In this document: positions 46,779-57,918 of the stretch, piece after piece | How the letters are laid out: each line of letters opens with the position of its first letter | Position numbering within the stretch: position 1 is the first letter of the stretch | DNA from: Dissulfurispiraceae bacterium | GTDB lineage: Bacteria; Nitrospirota; Thermodesulfovibrionia; Thermodesulfovibrionales; Dissulfurispiraceae | DNA length: 64,000 bases | Direction of reading: 5' to 3' | NCBI GenBank assembly: GCA_034002665.1 | Contig: JAVFAA010000001.1 | Location: forward strand, 300,748-364,747 | Made by a program: the position numbers and the translations under genes | The notes under the pieces: generated by a model | What the model saw: the letters and a program-made list of their open reading frames with translations, nothing else | What the model was told of the DNA's origin: nothing | Database searches by the model: none

Positions 46779-48914
46779 ATGAACAGGAGCAATATGCTTT
46801 CACCAAAAGATTTGTTGAACTTTTTACGGGTTAAAGCCATGAGGCCGCTCAGCTTCAGGGAGATATGCGACAAGCTTAAACTGAGCAGTCCTGAGCGCCG
46901 TTTGCTCAGAAAGCTTGTGAAGCAGCTTGTTGCGTCAGGGGACATGGTAAAGACGAGGAGCGGACTTTACGGACTGCCGCAGGAGATGAGCCTTATCACA
47001 GGCCATTTCGAGGCGCACAGGGATGGCTTTGGCTTTGTTATACAGGATAAGCCTGGACAGCGCGACATCTTCATTCCTGCCAGAAAGACGCTTGGAGCCA
47101 TGGACAACGACAGAGTTGTAGCGCGAATCGAAAATGCTGAGAAGCGTGACGGAAGAGTTGTCAGGATAATACAGAGGGCGCATACAAAGATAACAGGAAT
47201 ATTTGAGTCAGACAGAACAGGTTTTTATGTGCGCCCAAAAAAGAGATCAGTCCAGTTTGATCTCTATATCCCTGCCTCAGAAAAGGGCAGGGCAAAGGAT
47301 GGAGACCCTGTCATAGCAGAGGTTGTCTCTTATCCAACAGAATCGAGGCCGGCTGCAGGCAGGATTATAAAGGTGTTGAAGAGCCCGGAGACTCCGCGCG
47401 AGGATGTGGAGGCAATTATTGAGGGTTTGCATCTGCCGAAAAGATTTTCAGCAGAAGTTCTCAAAGAGGCGCGTTCTCTGTCAATGACAGAGAAGCCCGG
47501 AAGCCTTGCCAGAAAAGATCTGCGCGATATTGTGACAATGACTATTGATGGCGAGCGCGCCAGGGATTTTGATGATGCTGTATCAATCAGAAAGAAAAAA
47601 GACGGATGGACTCTCTGGGTGCATATTGCTGATGTAGGGTATTTTGTCGAGTGGGGCAGCTTGCTTGATGAAGATGCCAGGGCAAGGGGCACGAGTGTCT
47701 ATTTTCCTGACCATGTTATCCCGATGCTGCCAAAGGAGCTTTCAGAAGACCTCTGCAGCCTGAAGCCGGGAGTTGAGAGATTCGCATTCAGCGTTGAACT
47801 CGATTTTGACTCTTCAGGCTCAAGAACAGATGCTTCGTTTTATCCCAGTCTTATAGTAAGCAACGAGCGCATGACTTACTCCTCCGTAAAAAAAATTATA
47901 CTCGACCGCGATGCTCATGAGCGTGAAAGATACCAGCATATCACGCATGATCTTGATCTCATGTCTGAGCTTGCGGGATTGATAAAGGATAAGCGTTCTA
48001 AAAGGGGAAGTCTTGATTTTGATCTGCCTGAGCCGGAGGTGCTGCTCGACATACAGGGCAATCCTGAGGCAATAGTGGCAGCAGAGAGAACCTTTGCGCA
48101 TATGCTTATAGAGGAGTTCATGATAGCGGCAAATGAGGCTGTTGCTGAATATCTCGAGAGCAAGGGTGTGCCTTCACTGTACAGGATACATGAGGAGCCT
48201 GATCTTTCCAAGATGCAGGATGTTGCAAGGGCTGTGAGGCCTCTCGGCATATCTGTATCAGCCACAGGACTAAAGCCGCAAGACTTTGCGCAGATTCTGA
48301 GCTCTGCACGCAGAAAAAAAGATTTTGCAGGGTCAGTCAAGGAAGAGATACTGAACCACATAATACTGCGAAGCCTGAAGCAGGCGAGATACTCCACTCT
48401 GAATGTCGGCCATTTCGGACTCGCATCAAAATCATATACGCACTTCACATCACCAATAAGAAGATATCCTGATCTGGTTGTGCACAGAATACTCAGAGAA
48501 CTGATAGGATCAGGCAGGCTCGATTCGGAATCTTCAGGAATGCTTGCCAGCATACTGCCTGATATTGCCTCAAGTTCATCAATGGCAGAGCGCAGGGCTG
48601 ATGAGGCTGAAATGGATGTTGTTGCAGCCATGAAGGCCTGGTTCATGCGCGACAAGATTGGCGATGAATTTGAGGGCAGGGTTATATCTGTTGCGCAGCA
48701 TGGTCTGAAGATCAGGCTCATTGATTTTTACATAGAGGGTTTTCTGCATGTCTCCTACATGAATGATGACTACTACCAATATGATGAAAAAAATATATGC
48801 CTGACCGGGCTTCATAAAAAGAGGCGCTTTGCCATCGGCAGCAGTATGAATGTGAGGATAGACAGAGTGGATATCGAGGAGCGCGAGATTGTGCTCGGCA
48901 TGGCTGGCAAGTGA
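46779..48914 (+). CDS. rnr: Ribonuclease R
   Basis: 711 aa with N-terminal HTH/cold-shock-like domains, an RNB catalytic domain (TIDGERARDFDDAVS.., HFGLASKSYTHFTSPIRRYPDL) and a C-terminal S1 domain. Confidence 0.93.
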   Translation: MNRSNMLSPKDLLNFLRVKAMRPLSFREICDKLKLSSPERRLLRKLVKQLVASGDMVKTRSGLYGLPQEMSLITGHFEAHRDGFGFVIQDKPGQRDIFIPARKTLGAMDNDRVVARIENAEKRDGRVVRIIQRAHTKITGIFESDRTGFYVRPKKRSVQFDLYIPASEKGRAKDGDPVIAEVVSYPTESRPAAGRIIKVLKSPETPREDVEAIIEGLHLPKRFSAEVLKEARSLSMTEKPGSLARKDLRDIVTMTIDGERARDFDDAVSIRKKKDGWTLWVHIADVGYFVEWGSLLDEDARARGTSVYFPDHVIPMLPKELSEDLCSLKPGVERFAFSVELDFDSSGSRTDASFYPSLIVSNERMTYSSVKKIILDRDAHERERYQHITHDLDLMSELAGLIKDKRSKRGSLDFDLPEPEVLLDIQGNPEAIVAAERTFAHMLIEEFMIAANEAVAEYLESKGVPSLYRIHEEPDLSKMQDVARAVRPLGISVSATGLKPQDFAQILSSARRKKDFAGSVKEEILNHIILRSLKQARYSTLNVGHFGLASKSYTHFTSPIRRYPDLVVHRILRELIGSGRLDSESSGMLASILPDIASSSSMAERRADEAEMDVVAAMKAWFMRDKIGDEFEGRVISVAQHGLKIRLIDFYIEGFLHVSYMNDDYYQYDEKNICLTGLHKKRRFAIGSSMNVRIDRVDIEEREIVLGMAGK

Positions 48915-49735
48915 TGAAGCGAAGCCCTGTTCAGCTCAAAAAAGCTCTTGATCAGCTGTATTCCGAATACGACTTTGAAGGCCGGATAAAACATGATCCC
49001 ATTGAGTTTCCAAAGTCATTCAAGCATGCACGCGACATAGAGGCGGCTGGATTCATTGCATCCTGTTTTGCTTATGGCAGGGTGGAGCTCTTCAAGCCTG
49101 TGATCTCATCCATTCTCTCCCTGATGGGATGCAGTCCGTACAGGTTTCTGCTCAGCTTTGAGCGCAGGCGCGACGCGAAGCTCTTTTCAGGCATTAAGTA
49201 CAGGTTCAATACTGAATCTGACATCACAGGGTTGATTGCTGCACTCTCTAAAACATATCTAAAATACGGCAGCCTTGAATCACTCTTTAAAAAATATTTC
49301 AGCCCTGATGACCTGAATGTCAGCAGAGGACTCGAGGGCATGACAGGGGAGCTGATAAAGAGATCACGCGCAGCTTCGTCGCCCGGGTTTCTCCAGTTTT
49401 TTCCGCTGCCATCAAAAGGCAGCGCATGCAAGAGGATGAACCTCTTTTTAAGATGGATGGTGCGGGACAGAGACATTGATTTTGGAATATGGAAGGGGAT
49501 TCCAAAAAACAGATTGATAATTCCGCTTGATACCCATATCGCCAGAATCTCGAGATGCATAGGTCTGACAAAAAGAGGGGCTGCTGACTGGAAGACAGCT
49601 GTTGAGATAACATCTGAACTTAAAAAATTCGATCCAGAAGATCCTCTTAAGTATGATTTTTCACTCTGCCACCAGGGCATCTCAAGGGTCTGCGAAAAGT
49701 CAAACTGCATTAATTGTCAATTATTCATTTCTTAG
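48911..49735 (+). CDS. TIGR02757/DUF2400-family protein
   Basis: 274 aa. The motifs GSACKRMNLFLRWMVR..D.G.W..I....LIIPLDTH are as I recall for this family. It overlaps the rnr stop by 4 nt. Confidence 0.65.
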   Translation: MMKRSPVQLKKALDQLYSEYDFEGRIKHDPIEFPKSFKHARDIEAAGFIASCFAYGRVELFKPVISSILSLMGCSPYRFLLSFERRRDAKLFSGIKYRFNTESDITGLIAALSKTYLKYGSLESLFKKYFSPDDLNVSRGLEGMTGELIKRSRAASSPGFLQFFPLPSKGSACKRMNLFLRWMVRDRDIDFGIWKGIPKNRLIIPLDTHIARISRCIGLTKRGAADWKTAVEITSELKKFDPEDPLKYDFSLCHQGISRVCEKSNCINCQLFIS

Positions 49736-49746
49736 AGGGAGGGGGC

Positions 49747-49780
49747 CGCCGTTCCGCTGGAGGGGGTTAGCGGAACGGCG
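49747..49780. terminator. Strong GC hairpin between convergent genes (possible bidirectional terminator)
   Basis: A 12-bp perfect stem CGCCGTTCCGCT / AGCGGAACGGCG flanks a 10-nt loop. No clear U-tract follows on either side. Confidence 0.4.
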
Positions 49781-49897
49781 ATTGAGTGGCAAAACTCTGC
49801 TCTCTATTCATACTCTCAAAAGCTGTAAAACCCTATACACAATGTTTCTTAGATATAGATTAGCAATAAAAGATGAAGGAATTATGAAAGGATTAAC

Positions 49898-51229
49898 TTA
49901 TTGATTTAGCTGGATATTATTTAATGCAAACAGCTTTTCTACTACCATGAAAGCCTCTTCTTTGGTCGAGATGCTGCCCAAAAGCACCAGATTGCCTATA
50001 TTTTTAATAGATTCTCCAATAAAAGGAGATGGATTGAGACTGAATTTCTTCATAATCTCCTCTCCTGTCACCAGAGGCAGCAGCGCTGCCCTGGGAAGAA
50101 ATATTTTCTGGAAGTAGCCTGTTATTAGACCGATAAATTGAATGAAATCAGCAGTTTCCTCTGGCCCCTCCTCTGCCTGCAGCTCCGCAAGTCCTGCTAT
50201 ACATGCTCCAAGAGGAGATCCTCCTGCAGAGAGTATCAGGCATACCATTTCTGTTTCACCAGGGTTTTTAGGTGCTGATTTATAGAGTGAAACTATCTCT
50301 TTTCTCGATTTTGCGAGAAATATTATGAGATCTGCCTCGCTGTTTGAGAGCTTAAGCCTCTCTGATGCTTTAGCAGCAGCAGAAGAATCAGGCATCAGGG
50401 ATGAGAATTTGAGGCAGAATATATTATGAAGCTCTGCTATATTCATAAGCAGCGGAAATTCCTCAGGTCTGCCGGCATCTAAAAAGGCTCTAAGGGCATC
50501 TTCTGTTGCTGTGTATCTGATGAGTGATTTGTCTGAATTACCGTTGATCTCGGGAATGGCTGACTCCAGAAGCCCTGCTGCTGACATCTGGTGCATCACT
50601 TCTGCTGAATTATCAAGCTTGAATATCTGCTTCAGTTCTTCAACAATTCGTTCAGGGGCTGATCTGCTTATCGTATGCGAAAGCCTTGCTGCAGCAGCAG
50701 CAGTTTCAGGGTCGAGTGCAAAATTTAGAGTTCCGGCAAATCTGTACAATCTGAGCAGCCGCAGGGGATCATTCAGCAGATTCTTTTCAGAGATCATTCT
50801 TATTATTCTGTTGTCCAGATCTCTTCTGCCTCCAAATGGATCAATAATAATGTCTAAAAGTTCAGCGCTGCATGAGAGCTGTCCGGATGCAGCAGAAAGG
50901 GGTAATGCCATCGAGTTTATTGTTATGTCTCTTTGACCAAGGTCTTCATTAATGGCGCTGCCTTTTAGCCGGGATATGTCAATATGCCTGTTATGTTTAA
51001 CAATCCGTACTGTGTCGGTTTTGTTCTCAAAAGGCACTGCTGTGCAGCCTGTGAGCTTGGCAAATTCCTTTCCAAGACTGATAACATCAGCATTGACAGC
51101 AATATCAATGTCTTTGAGAGCAGTGCCTGAGATTATATCCCTGACCGCTCCTCCAACAAAAAAAGAGCTGTCCGTCAGGTTTTTTGAAGAAATAAAGTTT
51201 ATGAGTGATGACAACAGCGGATTCAGCAT
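49898..51229 (-). CDS. tRNA nucleotidyltransferase (CCA-adding) / poly(A) polymerase-family protein
   Basis: 443 aa with the N-terminal GGAVRDI..DIDIAV nucleotidyltransferase motif and RDITINSMA. Confidence 0.8.
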   Translation of the reverse strand: MLNPLLSSLINFISSKNLTDSSFFVGGAVRDIISGTALKDIDIAVNADVISLGKEFAKLTGCTAVPFENKTDTVRIVKHNRHIDISRLKGSAINEDLGQRDITINSMALPLSAASGQLSCSAELLDIIIDPFGGRRDLDNRIIRMISEKNLLNDPLRLLRLYRFAGTLNFALDPETAAAAARLSHTISRSAPERIVEELKQIFKLDNSAEVMHQMSAAGLLESAIPEINGNSDKSLIRYTATEDALRAFLDAGRPEEFPLLMNIAELHNIFCLKFSSLMPDSSAAAKASERLKLSNSEADLIIFLAKSRKEIVSLYKSAPKNPGETEMVCLILSAGGSPLGACIAGLAELQAEEGPEETADFIQFIGLITGYFQKIFLPRAALLPLVTGEEIMKKFSLNPSPFIGESIKNIGNLVLLGSISTKEEAFMVVEKLFALNNIQLNQ

Positions 51230-51375
51230 GAATGAAAGTTATACCAGTAGTCGAGCTAATGTCAATGTTAAACTTTTATATCAATATGGCCGATATATAC
51301 TAAGTCTGTTAAAAACTTGAATTTCGAAATGATTTGTTCAATAATTACTATTAGGTTAATGTAAGGGGGAAGTCT

Positions 51376-52092
51376 ATGAAAATCGTTACGCAGTTGAAGA
51401 TCATTGTCTTGGTGCTCTTCTTTTTCGGAATTATTGGAAATGTGGTTATTTATCATCAGGTTAGTGATATGACCATGGATGGCAGGGTTGTTAACTATTC
51501 AGGCATAGTCAGGGGAATGACCCAGAGATTCATCAAGCTCGAGGTTTCAGGCAAAAAGGCTGATGACCTGAGGCAGAAGCTTGACAAGATAGTTAATGGT
51601 CTCATAAACGGAGATATAGAGCTTAATCTCCCCCCTGCTACAGATGTGAACTACCTCGCAATGATGAATCAGGTCTCCCAGTCATGGGAAGGCCTCAAAC
51701 AGGGTGTAATGAAGGCGAGGCAGAATCCTGAAGCAAAGGAAGAGCTGATCAAGCTTAGTGAAAACTATTTTGATCTCACAAACAAGATGGTCTCAGCTGC
51801 TGAGGAGTATTCAAAGGTAAAAGTTGACGGACTCAAAATGGTGCAGCTTGTTATCTTTATGATTAACCTTGTTCTTCTGCTTCTGATATGGATGCTGGCT
51901 CAAAAGAAGATAACAGCACCTCTCACATACTTGACAGAGAAGGTGCAGAAAGTTGTGAGCGGAGACTTCGGGGTTGTGATTGATTACAACAGCAATGACG
52001 AGATAGGCACTCTTGCCCAGAATATGAACAAGATGGTTCAGTCATTCAAGGTCTGCATAAAGAAGCTCTATCCTGACGCATACAAGGATTAG
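51376..52092 (+). CDS. PilJ/NarX-type periplasmic sensor + HAMP domain protein without output domain
   Basis: 238 aa with TM1, a four-helix sensor-like region (GIVRGMTQRFIKLE), TM2 and a HAMP domain (APLTYLTEKVQKVVSGDFGVVIDYNSNDEIGTLAQNMNKMV). The ORF ends about 20 aa after HAMP. Confidence 0.6.
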   Translation: MKIVTQLKIIVLVLFFFGIIGNVVIYHQVSDMTMDGRVVNYSGIVRGMTQRFIKLEVSGKKADDLRQKLDKIVNGLINGDIELNLPPATDVNYLAMMNQVSQSWEGLKQGVMKARQNPEAKEELIKLSENYFDLTNKMVSAAEEYSKVKVDGLKMVQLVIFMINLVLLLLIWMLAQKKITAPLTYLTEKVQKVVSGDFGVVIDYNSNDEIGTLAQNMNKMVQSFKVCIKKLYPDAYKD

Positions 52093-52148
52093 AATTAAAG
52101 ATTCAAATAATGGGCAGTGCTGCAACAGCAGCACTGCCCATTATTTTT

Positions 52149-54332
52149 TCAGTACCACATAAGGTCTTCGAAATACTCTACAGGTACAGCAACGGTAATA
52201 TGGCCTCTTGATGGCAGCCGTTCAGCTATGCAGCTGTTTCGCGTTATTTCTATTGATATATTTATGTTGTCGCCAACAGCTGCTCCTATATCTTTGAAAG
52301 GTATCTTGATCTCAAAGATGTCCTCAACAGCACACTTTAATTCAGCATGTTTGTCCTGCCAGATATCAGCCTCTTTTTTATAAAGCAGAGCAGAATATCC
52401 GGATGATCCGAGCCTGCATGAAACTTTATGTGTTGAGTCTGAGGCGAGATCTATATTGATGCATAGATCATCCTGCCTCAGAAGCTCGGAAAAGGGTTCA
52501 GAAGCATCAAGCCTGATATAGAGGTTCTCTTTGTTGAAGCCAAAGAATATTTTTGAAAAGATGCTTTCTGATTTATGCATGCTTCCGCCAGAGTGCCTGA
52601 CATCAAGGCTGCCTGCTGCGTGCCATTCAAAATAGTCAGTAACAATGCCGTCCATCTCAGGATAGATGAACCCGCGTATGCCAATGCCGGGCTGGATATT
52701 TCTGTCTTCTCTGAGTATGGGCAAATGCAGGGCTGCCGGCGGATCCAGGTCAAGAGATTTATATACAGCCATGAGTGAGTTTCTGTAGAGGTCATCAAAA
52801 ATATCTGCTGTCTCTGTGGAGTGCTCATCCCCATACCACCAGTTCCAGTCGCTTCCCTCTGCAGCATAGAGATGTCTTTTCGCTTCTGTGGTGTCGTATC
52901 CGGGATTTGCATTTTCGAATGCAGCCAGGTCTTCCCTTGTCTGCGTCAGATAATCCCATGAAGTGTTGTCTTCATCATGACCTATCCATACGCCGAAATT
53001 GCTGTTTATCCATGAGCCGGGAAAGATGCCGGGCAGCTTTTTGCCTGAACCGTTTTCATTAATGTATTCAGAAAATGTGACTGAACGGAAGCCTGGATCG
53101 CTGCCGAGTCTCTGATAAAGCAGAGAAAGAAAGTCTCTGCCGTCGTTTTTATAGTATTCCCAGGCATTTTCACCATCAAGTATTATCGGTACGATATGCC
53201 TTGCTCCGGAAGGAAGGCTCTTTTTAATTTCTGTTAATCTTGACATCAGATCATTTACAGCGTCCCCTGCATCCCATCCTGAATATACAAAGCCTATCTG
53301 ATCAGAGAGCTTGTGGTCTCTGAAAAACATGGATACCTCACTGCATGAATAGTTCGAGTATAATGCCGCAGGACCGCATGCGCGTCCGCTGCTGTCGCGT
53401 AAACATGTATCGAGTGAGTTTGCGAGCACAGCCTCATCAGTAGCAGACCATTTAATGCCGTTTGCCTGCATTATGGATAAAACCTGATCACTTACCGAAC
53501 CTTCTGAAGGCCACATTCCGGAAGGTCTTCGGTTAAAGAGGATCTCTGCGTATTCAAGCGCGCTTTTTATCTGATAATCAGCGTCCTGGGGAAATGAGAA
53601 TCTCTTTTTAGGCATTTTGACTGACGGCATTGCGGTCTTTGCTATTTCAGTATCGCACAGCAGAGGCAGGATGGGATGGTAGAATGGGGTGAACGAAATC
53701 TCGATCTGGCCGGCATCCCACATTGATTTGTATGTAGGCAGTATCTTTTCCAGGATTTCGAGATGCTTTTTGATTACTAACTTTTTATCATCTTCTGAGT
53801 AGTCACGCCCCTTTTTTACAAGTTCAGCCAGGTCAGTGTCTTTTTCCCTGAAAGCCGGATCTATCCATGCGAGATTAAAAAGCAGCTGAAGATCCCTGAT
53901 ATCTTCAGGCTTGAAGTATTTTACTATCCTTTTTATATCATTTTTGGAGTATCTGAATCCTCGCATTGTCAGGAGTTCATAATACCTTGGAAATGGTTTG
54001 ATCATAGTCTCCCAGTTCGCAAGGAAGAAATTTTCTGCAATATATGCGATATCTTCTTCAGTCAGTTCATCAGGACTTTTAAGGGTAAGCTGCATATGCC
54101 TGTCCTGTGCGCCATTATCCGTATAATCAATAAGCTGCATCAGGAGAGAGGGTACAAGATTGAAGTTTTGTCTTATATCTGGATGGTCGTGAAGAAGCAG
54201 AAGCATATCCAGATAGTCTTTAACACCATGGAGTCTGACCCATGGAAGGCTGTACAGGCCTGTGCAGGGATCTTTGTAGTACGGCTGGTGCATGTGCCAG
54301 AGGAATGCTACATGAAGAGGATTATCTGCCAT
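52149..54332 (-). CDS. Glycoside hydrolase family 57 (alpha-amylase/branching-type)
   Basis: It has FLWHMHQPYYKD, typical of the GH57 N-terminus. The start is chosen at MADNPLH. The track ORF extends to 54401 but would overlap ftsB by 80 nt. Confidence 0.85.
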   Translation of the reverse strand: MADNPLHVAFLWHMHQPYYKDPCTGLYSLPWVRLHGVKDYLDMLLLLHDHPDIRQNFNLVPSLLMQLIDYTDNGAQDRHMQLTLKSPDELTEEDIAYIAENFFLANWETMIKPFPRYYELLTMRGFRYSKNDIKRIVKYFKPEDIRDLQLLFNLAWIDPAFREKDTDLAELVKKGRDYSEDDKKLVIKKHLEILEKILPTYKSMWDAGQIEISFTPFYHPILPLLCDTEIAKTAMPSVKMPKKRFSFPQDADYQIKSALEYAEILFNRRPSGMWPSEGSVSDQVLSIMQANGIKWSATDEAVLANSLDTCLRDSSGRACGPAALYSNYSCSEVSMFFRDHKLSDQIGFVYSGWDAGDAVNDLMSRLTEIKKSLPSGARHIVPIILDGENAWEYYKNDGRDFLSLLYQRLGSDPGFRSVTFSEYINENGSGKKLPGIFPGSWINSNFGVWIGHDEDNTSWDYLTQTREDLAAFENANPGYDTTEAKRHLYAAEGSDWNWWYGDEHSTETADIFDDLYRNSLMAVYKSLDLDPPAALHLPILREDRNIQPGIGIRGFIYPEMDGIVTDYFEWHAAGSLDVRHSGGSMHKSESIFSKIFFGFNKENLYIRLDASEPFSELLRQDDLCINIDLASDSTHKVSCRLGSSGYSALLYKKEADIWQDKHAELKCAVEDIFEIKIPFKDIGAAVGDNINISIEITRNSCIAERLPSRGHITVAVPVEYFEDLMWY

Positions 54333-54663
54333 CTTTCTGAAACTGGAAAATATATTCATCAGGTTTTGCCAGTCCGTACTCCTCCCTGGCATGCTTTTCA
54401 ATATAAAAAGGATCCTGCTTGAGAGAAGTTACCTGCTGCTTTATTGATTTATTTTCCAGTATAATTGTTTCGATCTCTGCTTCGAGTTTTACTTTATTTT
54501 TTTTGAGCTGCATATATTTTATAAGACCCATATCGCCAAACAACAGGTTGATGCCGAGGTAAATAAACGCAAGAGATATTGCGGTAAAAAATACAATATT
54601 GCGCCTCTTGCGCTCTACAGCAACCTGCTGTCTCAGATTTTTGGGCCTTATCTCATACTTCAT
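54322..54663 (-). CDS. ftsB: Septum formation initiator FtsB/DivIC-family protein
   Basis: 113 aa with a single TM, a coiled coil and a C-terminal IEKHAREEYGLAKPDE motif. It lies downstream of eno, as in many bacteria. Confidence 0.75.
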   Translation of the reverse strand: MKYEIRPKNLRQQVAVERKRRNIVFFTAISLAFIYLGINLLFGDMGLIKYMQLKKNKVKLEAEIETIILENKSIKQQVTSLKQDPFYIEKHAREEYGLAKPDEYIFQFQKDGR

Positions 54664-54706
54664 AAATAAATTATAGATGCAGAGCCCTGCAATTTACAAT
54701 GTTGTT

Positions 54707-56002
<1,296 letters not shown>

Positions 56003-56083
56003 TTATATAAGTAATTATGCTCAGGGATTAATTATAAAATATCCTGCACAATTTATGGCTGACAAAAGAAAGTCCGAAGAGTT

Positions 56084-57448
56084 TTACTGGCTTGCGATAT
56101 CTGATGCAGCCTCCATAATTCCTTCTGCCAGTGTTGGATGAGCATGTATTGTATCTGCTATGTCGCTGGTTTTAAGTCCTGCATTTATTGCGAGGGCTCC
56201 TTCATGAACAAGGTCTGCTGCATGGGCTCCGATAATATGCATGCCCAACACCTTGTCAGTATGCACATCTGATATGATTTTGATAAGCCCTGTTATATTG
56301 CCGTCGGCATGTGCCTTCCCCAAAGTCCTGTACTGGAATCTGCCCACTTTTATATCCAGGCCTCTTTCCTTTGCTTCTTCCTCCCTCAGACCCGCGGATC
56401 CGATTTCAGGAGATGTGAAAACACCTGCAGGCACACAGGTATAGCTGATCGCAGGGTTCAGTCCGCAGGCATTTTCTGCTGCTATTACACCCTGCCTTGT
56501 TGCCAGGTGCGCAAGCATCATTTTACCGGTAATGTCACCAACAGCATAAATATTATCTGAAGCTGTTCTGAGATGCTCATCAACATGGATTACGCCTTTG
56601 GGCGTAGGTTTTATGTCTGTGTTTTCGAGTCCTATGTCTGCAGTATTAAGAGCCCTGCCGATGGATACCAACACTTTCTGAACGGTTAGAGAATCTCCGC
56701 TGCTCAGCTCAAGAGAAACAGTATTGTCATTCTTTGTAATTTTTTCTGTTTTTGCTCCTGTGATGAGCCTGATCTTCATCTTCTTGAGTTCACGCATAAA
56801 TATGCCGGATATCTCTTCATCCTCTGTCATCAATGCCCTCGGCATCATCTCGATCATGGTGACCTCTGCGCCGAGCTGCCTGAATATGCAGGCAAACTCA
56901 GACCCGATCACTCCTGCTCCGATTATTGCCATGCTGTCAGGAATGAACTCCATATTTACAGCATGGTCGCTCGAGAGTATCTTTTCACCGTCATATTCCA
57001 TGCCCGGCAGGGCAGCAGGCCTGGATCCTGTTGCTATGATTATCTTGTCAGCATGCAGCTCTTGCCTGCTTCCATCAGCCAGTTCCACTGAAAGCCTGTC
57101 TGGCGACAATATTTTGCCTCTGCCCTCGATAATCTTTATTCCCTTGCTTTTGAAAAATGCATGAATGCCTTTTATCTGAGTGGAGACCACCCTGTTTTTG
57201 CGTTCAATTATCTGGCGCATGTCAGGAGTTAAATCTCCTTTGAGAAGTATTCCAAAATCAGAGAGTCTTTTTGCCCTGTCATATGCAGCAGCTGATGCTG
57301 CAATCGATTTTGTCGGTATGCATCCCCAATTGAGGCATGTGCCGCCGACTTGTGATTTTTCTATGACAGTAACTTCAGCACCAAGGCGCGCTGCCCTTGC
57401 AGCCGCTCCATAGCCGCCAGGGCCTGCCCCGAGTATGACAAGCTTCAT
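56084..57448 (-). CDS. lpdA: Dihydrolipoyl dehydrogenase
   Basis: 454 aa with GAGPGGY FAD motif, the redox disulfide GGTCLNWGCIPTK and C-terminal HAHPTLAE. Confidence 0.93.
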   Translation of the reverse strand: MKLVILGAGPGGYGAAARAARLGAEVTVIEKSQVGGTCLNWGCIPTKSIAASAAAYDRAKRLSDFGILLKGDLTPDMRQIIERKNRVVSTQIKGIHAFFKSKGIKIIEGRGKILSPDRLSVELADGSRQELHADKIIIATGSRPAALPGMEYDGEKILSSDHAVNMEFIPDSMAIIGAGVIGSEFACIFRQLGAEVTMIEMMPRALMTEDEEISGIFMRELKKMKIRLITGAKTEKITKNDNTVSLELSSGDSLTVQKVLVSIGRALNTADIGLENTDIKPTPKGVIHVDEHLRTASDNIYAVGDITGKMMLAHLATRQGVIAAENACGLNPAISYTCVPAGVFTSPEIGSAGLREEEAKERGLDIKVGRFQYRTLGKAHADGNITGLIKIISDVHTDKVLGMHIIGAHAADLVHEGALAINAGLKTSDIADTIHAHPTLAEGIMEAASDIASQ

Positions 57449-57843
57449 CGAGACTCCTCTTCTATGTATCTTTCGTATTCATCGTGATCCATAAGATTGT
57501 CGAGTTCAGAATCATCCTCAATCTCGATAACAGCTATCCAACCCTTACCGTAAGGGTCGTCATTGATTATTTCGGGTGAATCAGCAAGCTTCTCGTTAAC
57601 TTTCAGTATGGTGCCGGTTACAGGTGCAATTATCGCTGAGGTGGCTTTTGTTGACTCTATCTCACCGATCTCTGAGCTGCTGTCAACTATTGTCTCCGGC
57701 TCAGGGAGGTCAATATATACTATATCGCCGAGAGCGTCTTGTGCGTACTCGGTGATTCCTATTGTCCCTTTTTTGCCTGTCACCTTGATCCATGTGTGTT
57801 CTTTATGATATTTAAGTTCTTCCGGGGTCATGACCGCCTCCAT
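57445..57843 (-). CDS. gcvH: Glycine cleavage system protein H
   Basis: 132 aa with a lipoyl-lysine motif (EIESTKA). It has a 4-nt overlap with lpdA. Confidence 0.93.
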   Translation of the reverse strand: MEAVMTPEELKYHKEHTWIKVTGKKGTIGITEYAQDALGDIVYIDLPEPETIVDSSSEIGEIESTKATSAIIAPVTGTILKVNEKLADSPEIINDDPYGKGWIAVIEIEDDSELDNLMDHDEYERYIEEESR

Positions 57844-57918
57844 ATGGTATTCTTTTTGAATTAATTAACATAGTTTAAGGGCTTTGTCAATCTTTTAGGC
57901 TATGTTATTATAGTACAT

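Noticed and set aside
47915-48721. 268-aa minus-strand ORF inside rnr
   Set aside because: It is antisense to RNase R and Ser/Ala/Leu-rich, with no recognisable motifs. It is a typical shadow frame.
49072-49710. 212-aa minus-strand ORF
   Set aside because: It lies entirely within the plus-strand TIGR02757-family gene, which has recognisable conserved motifs. It has no RBS or motifs of its own.
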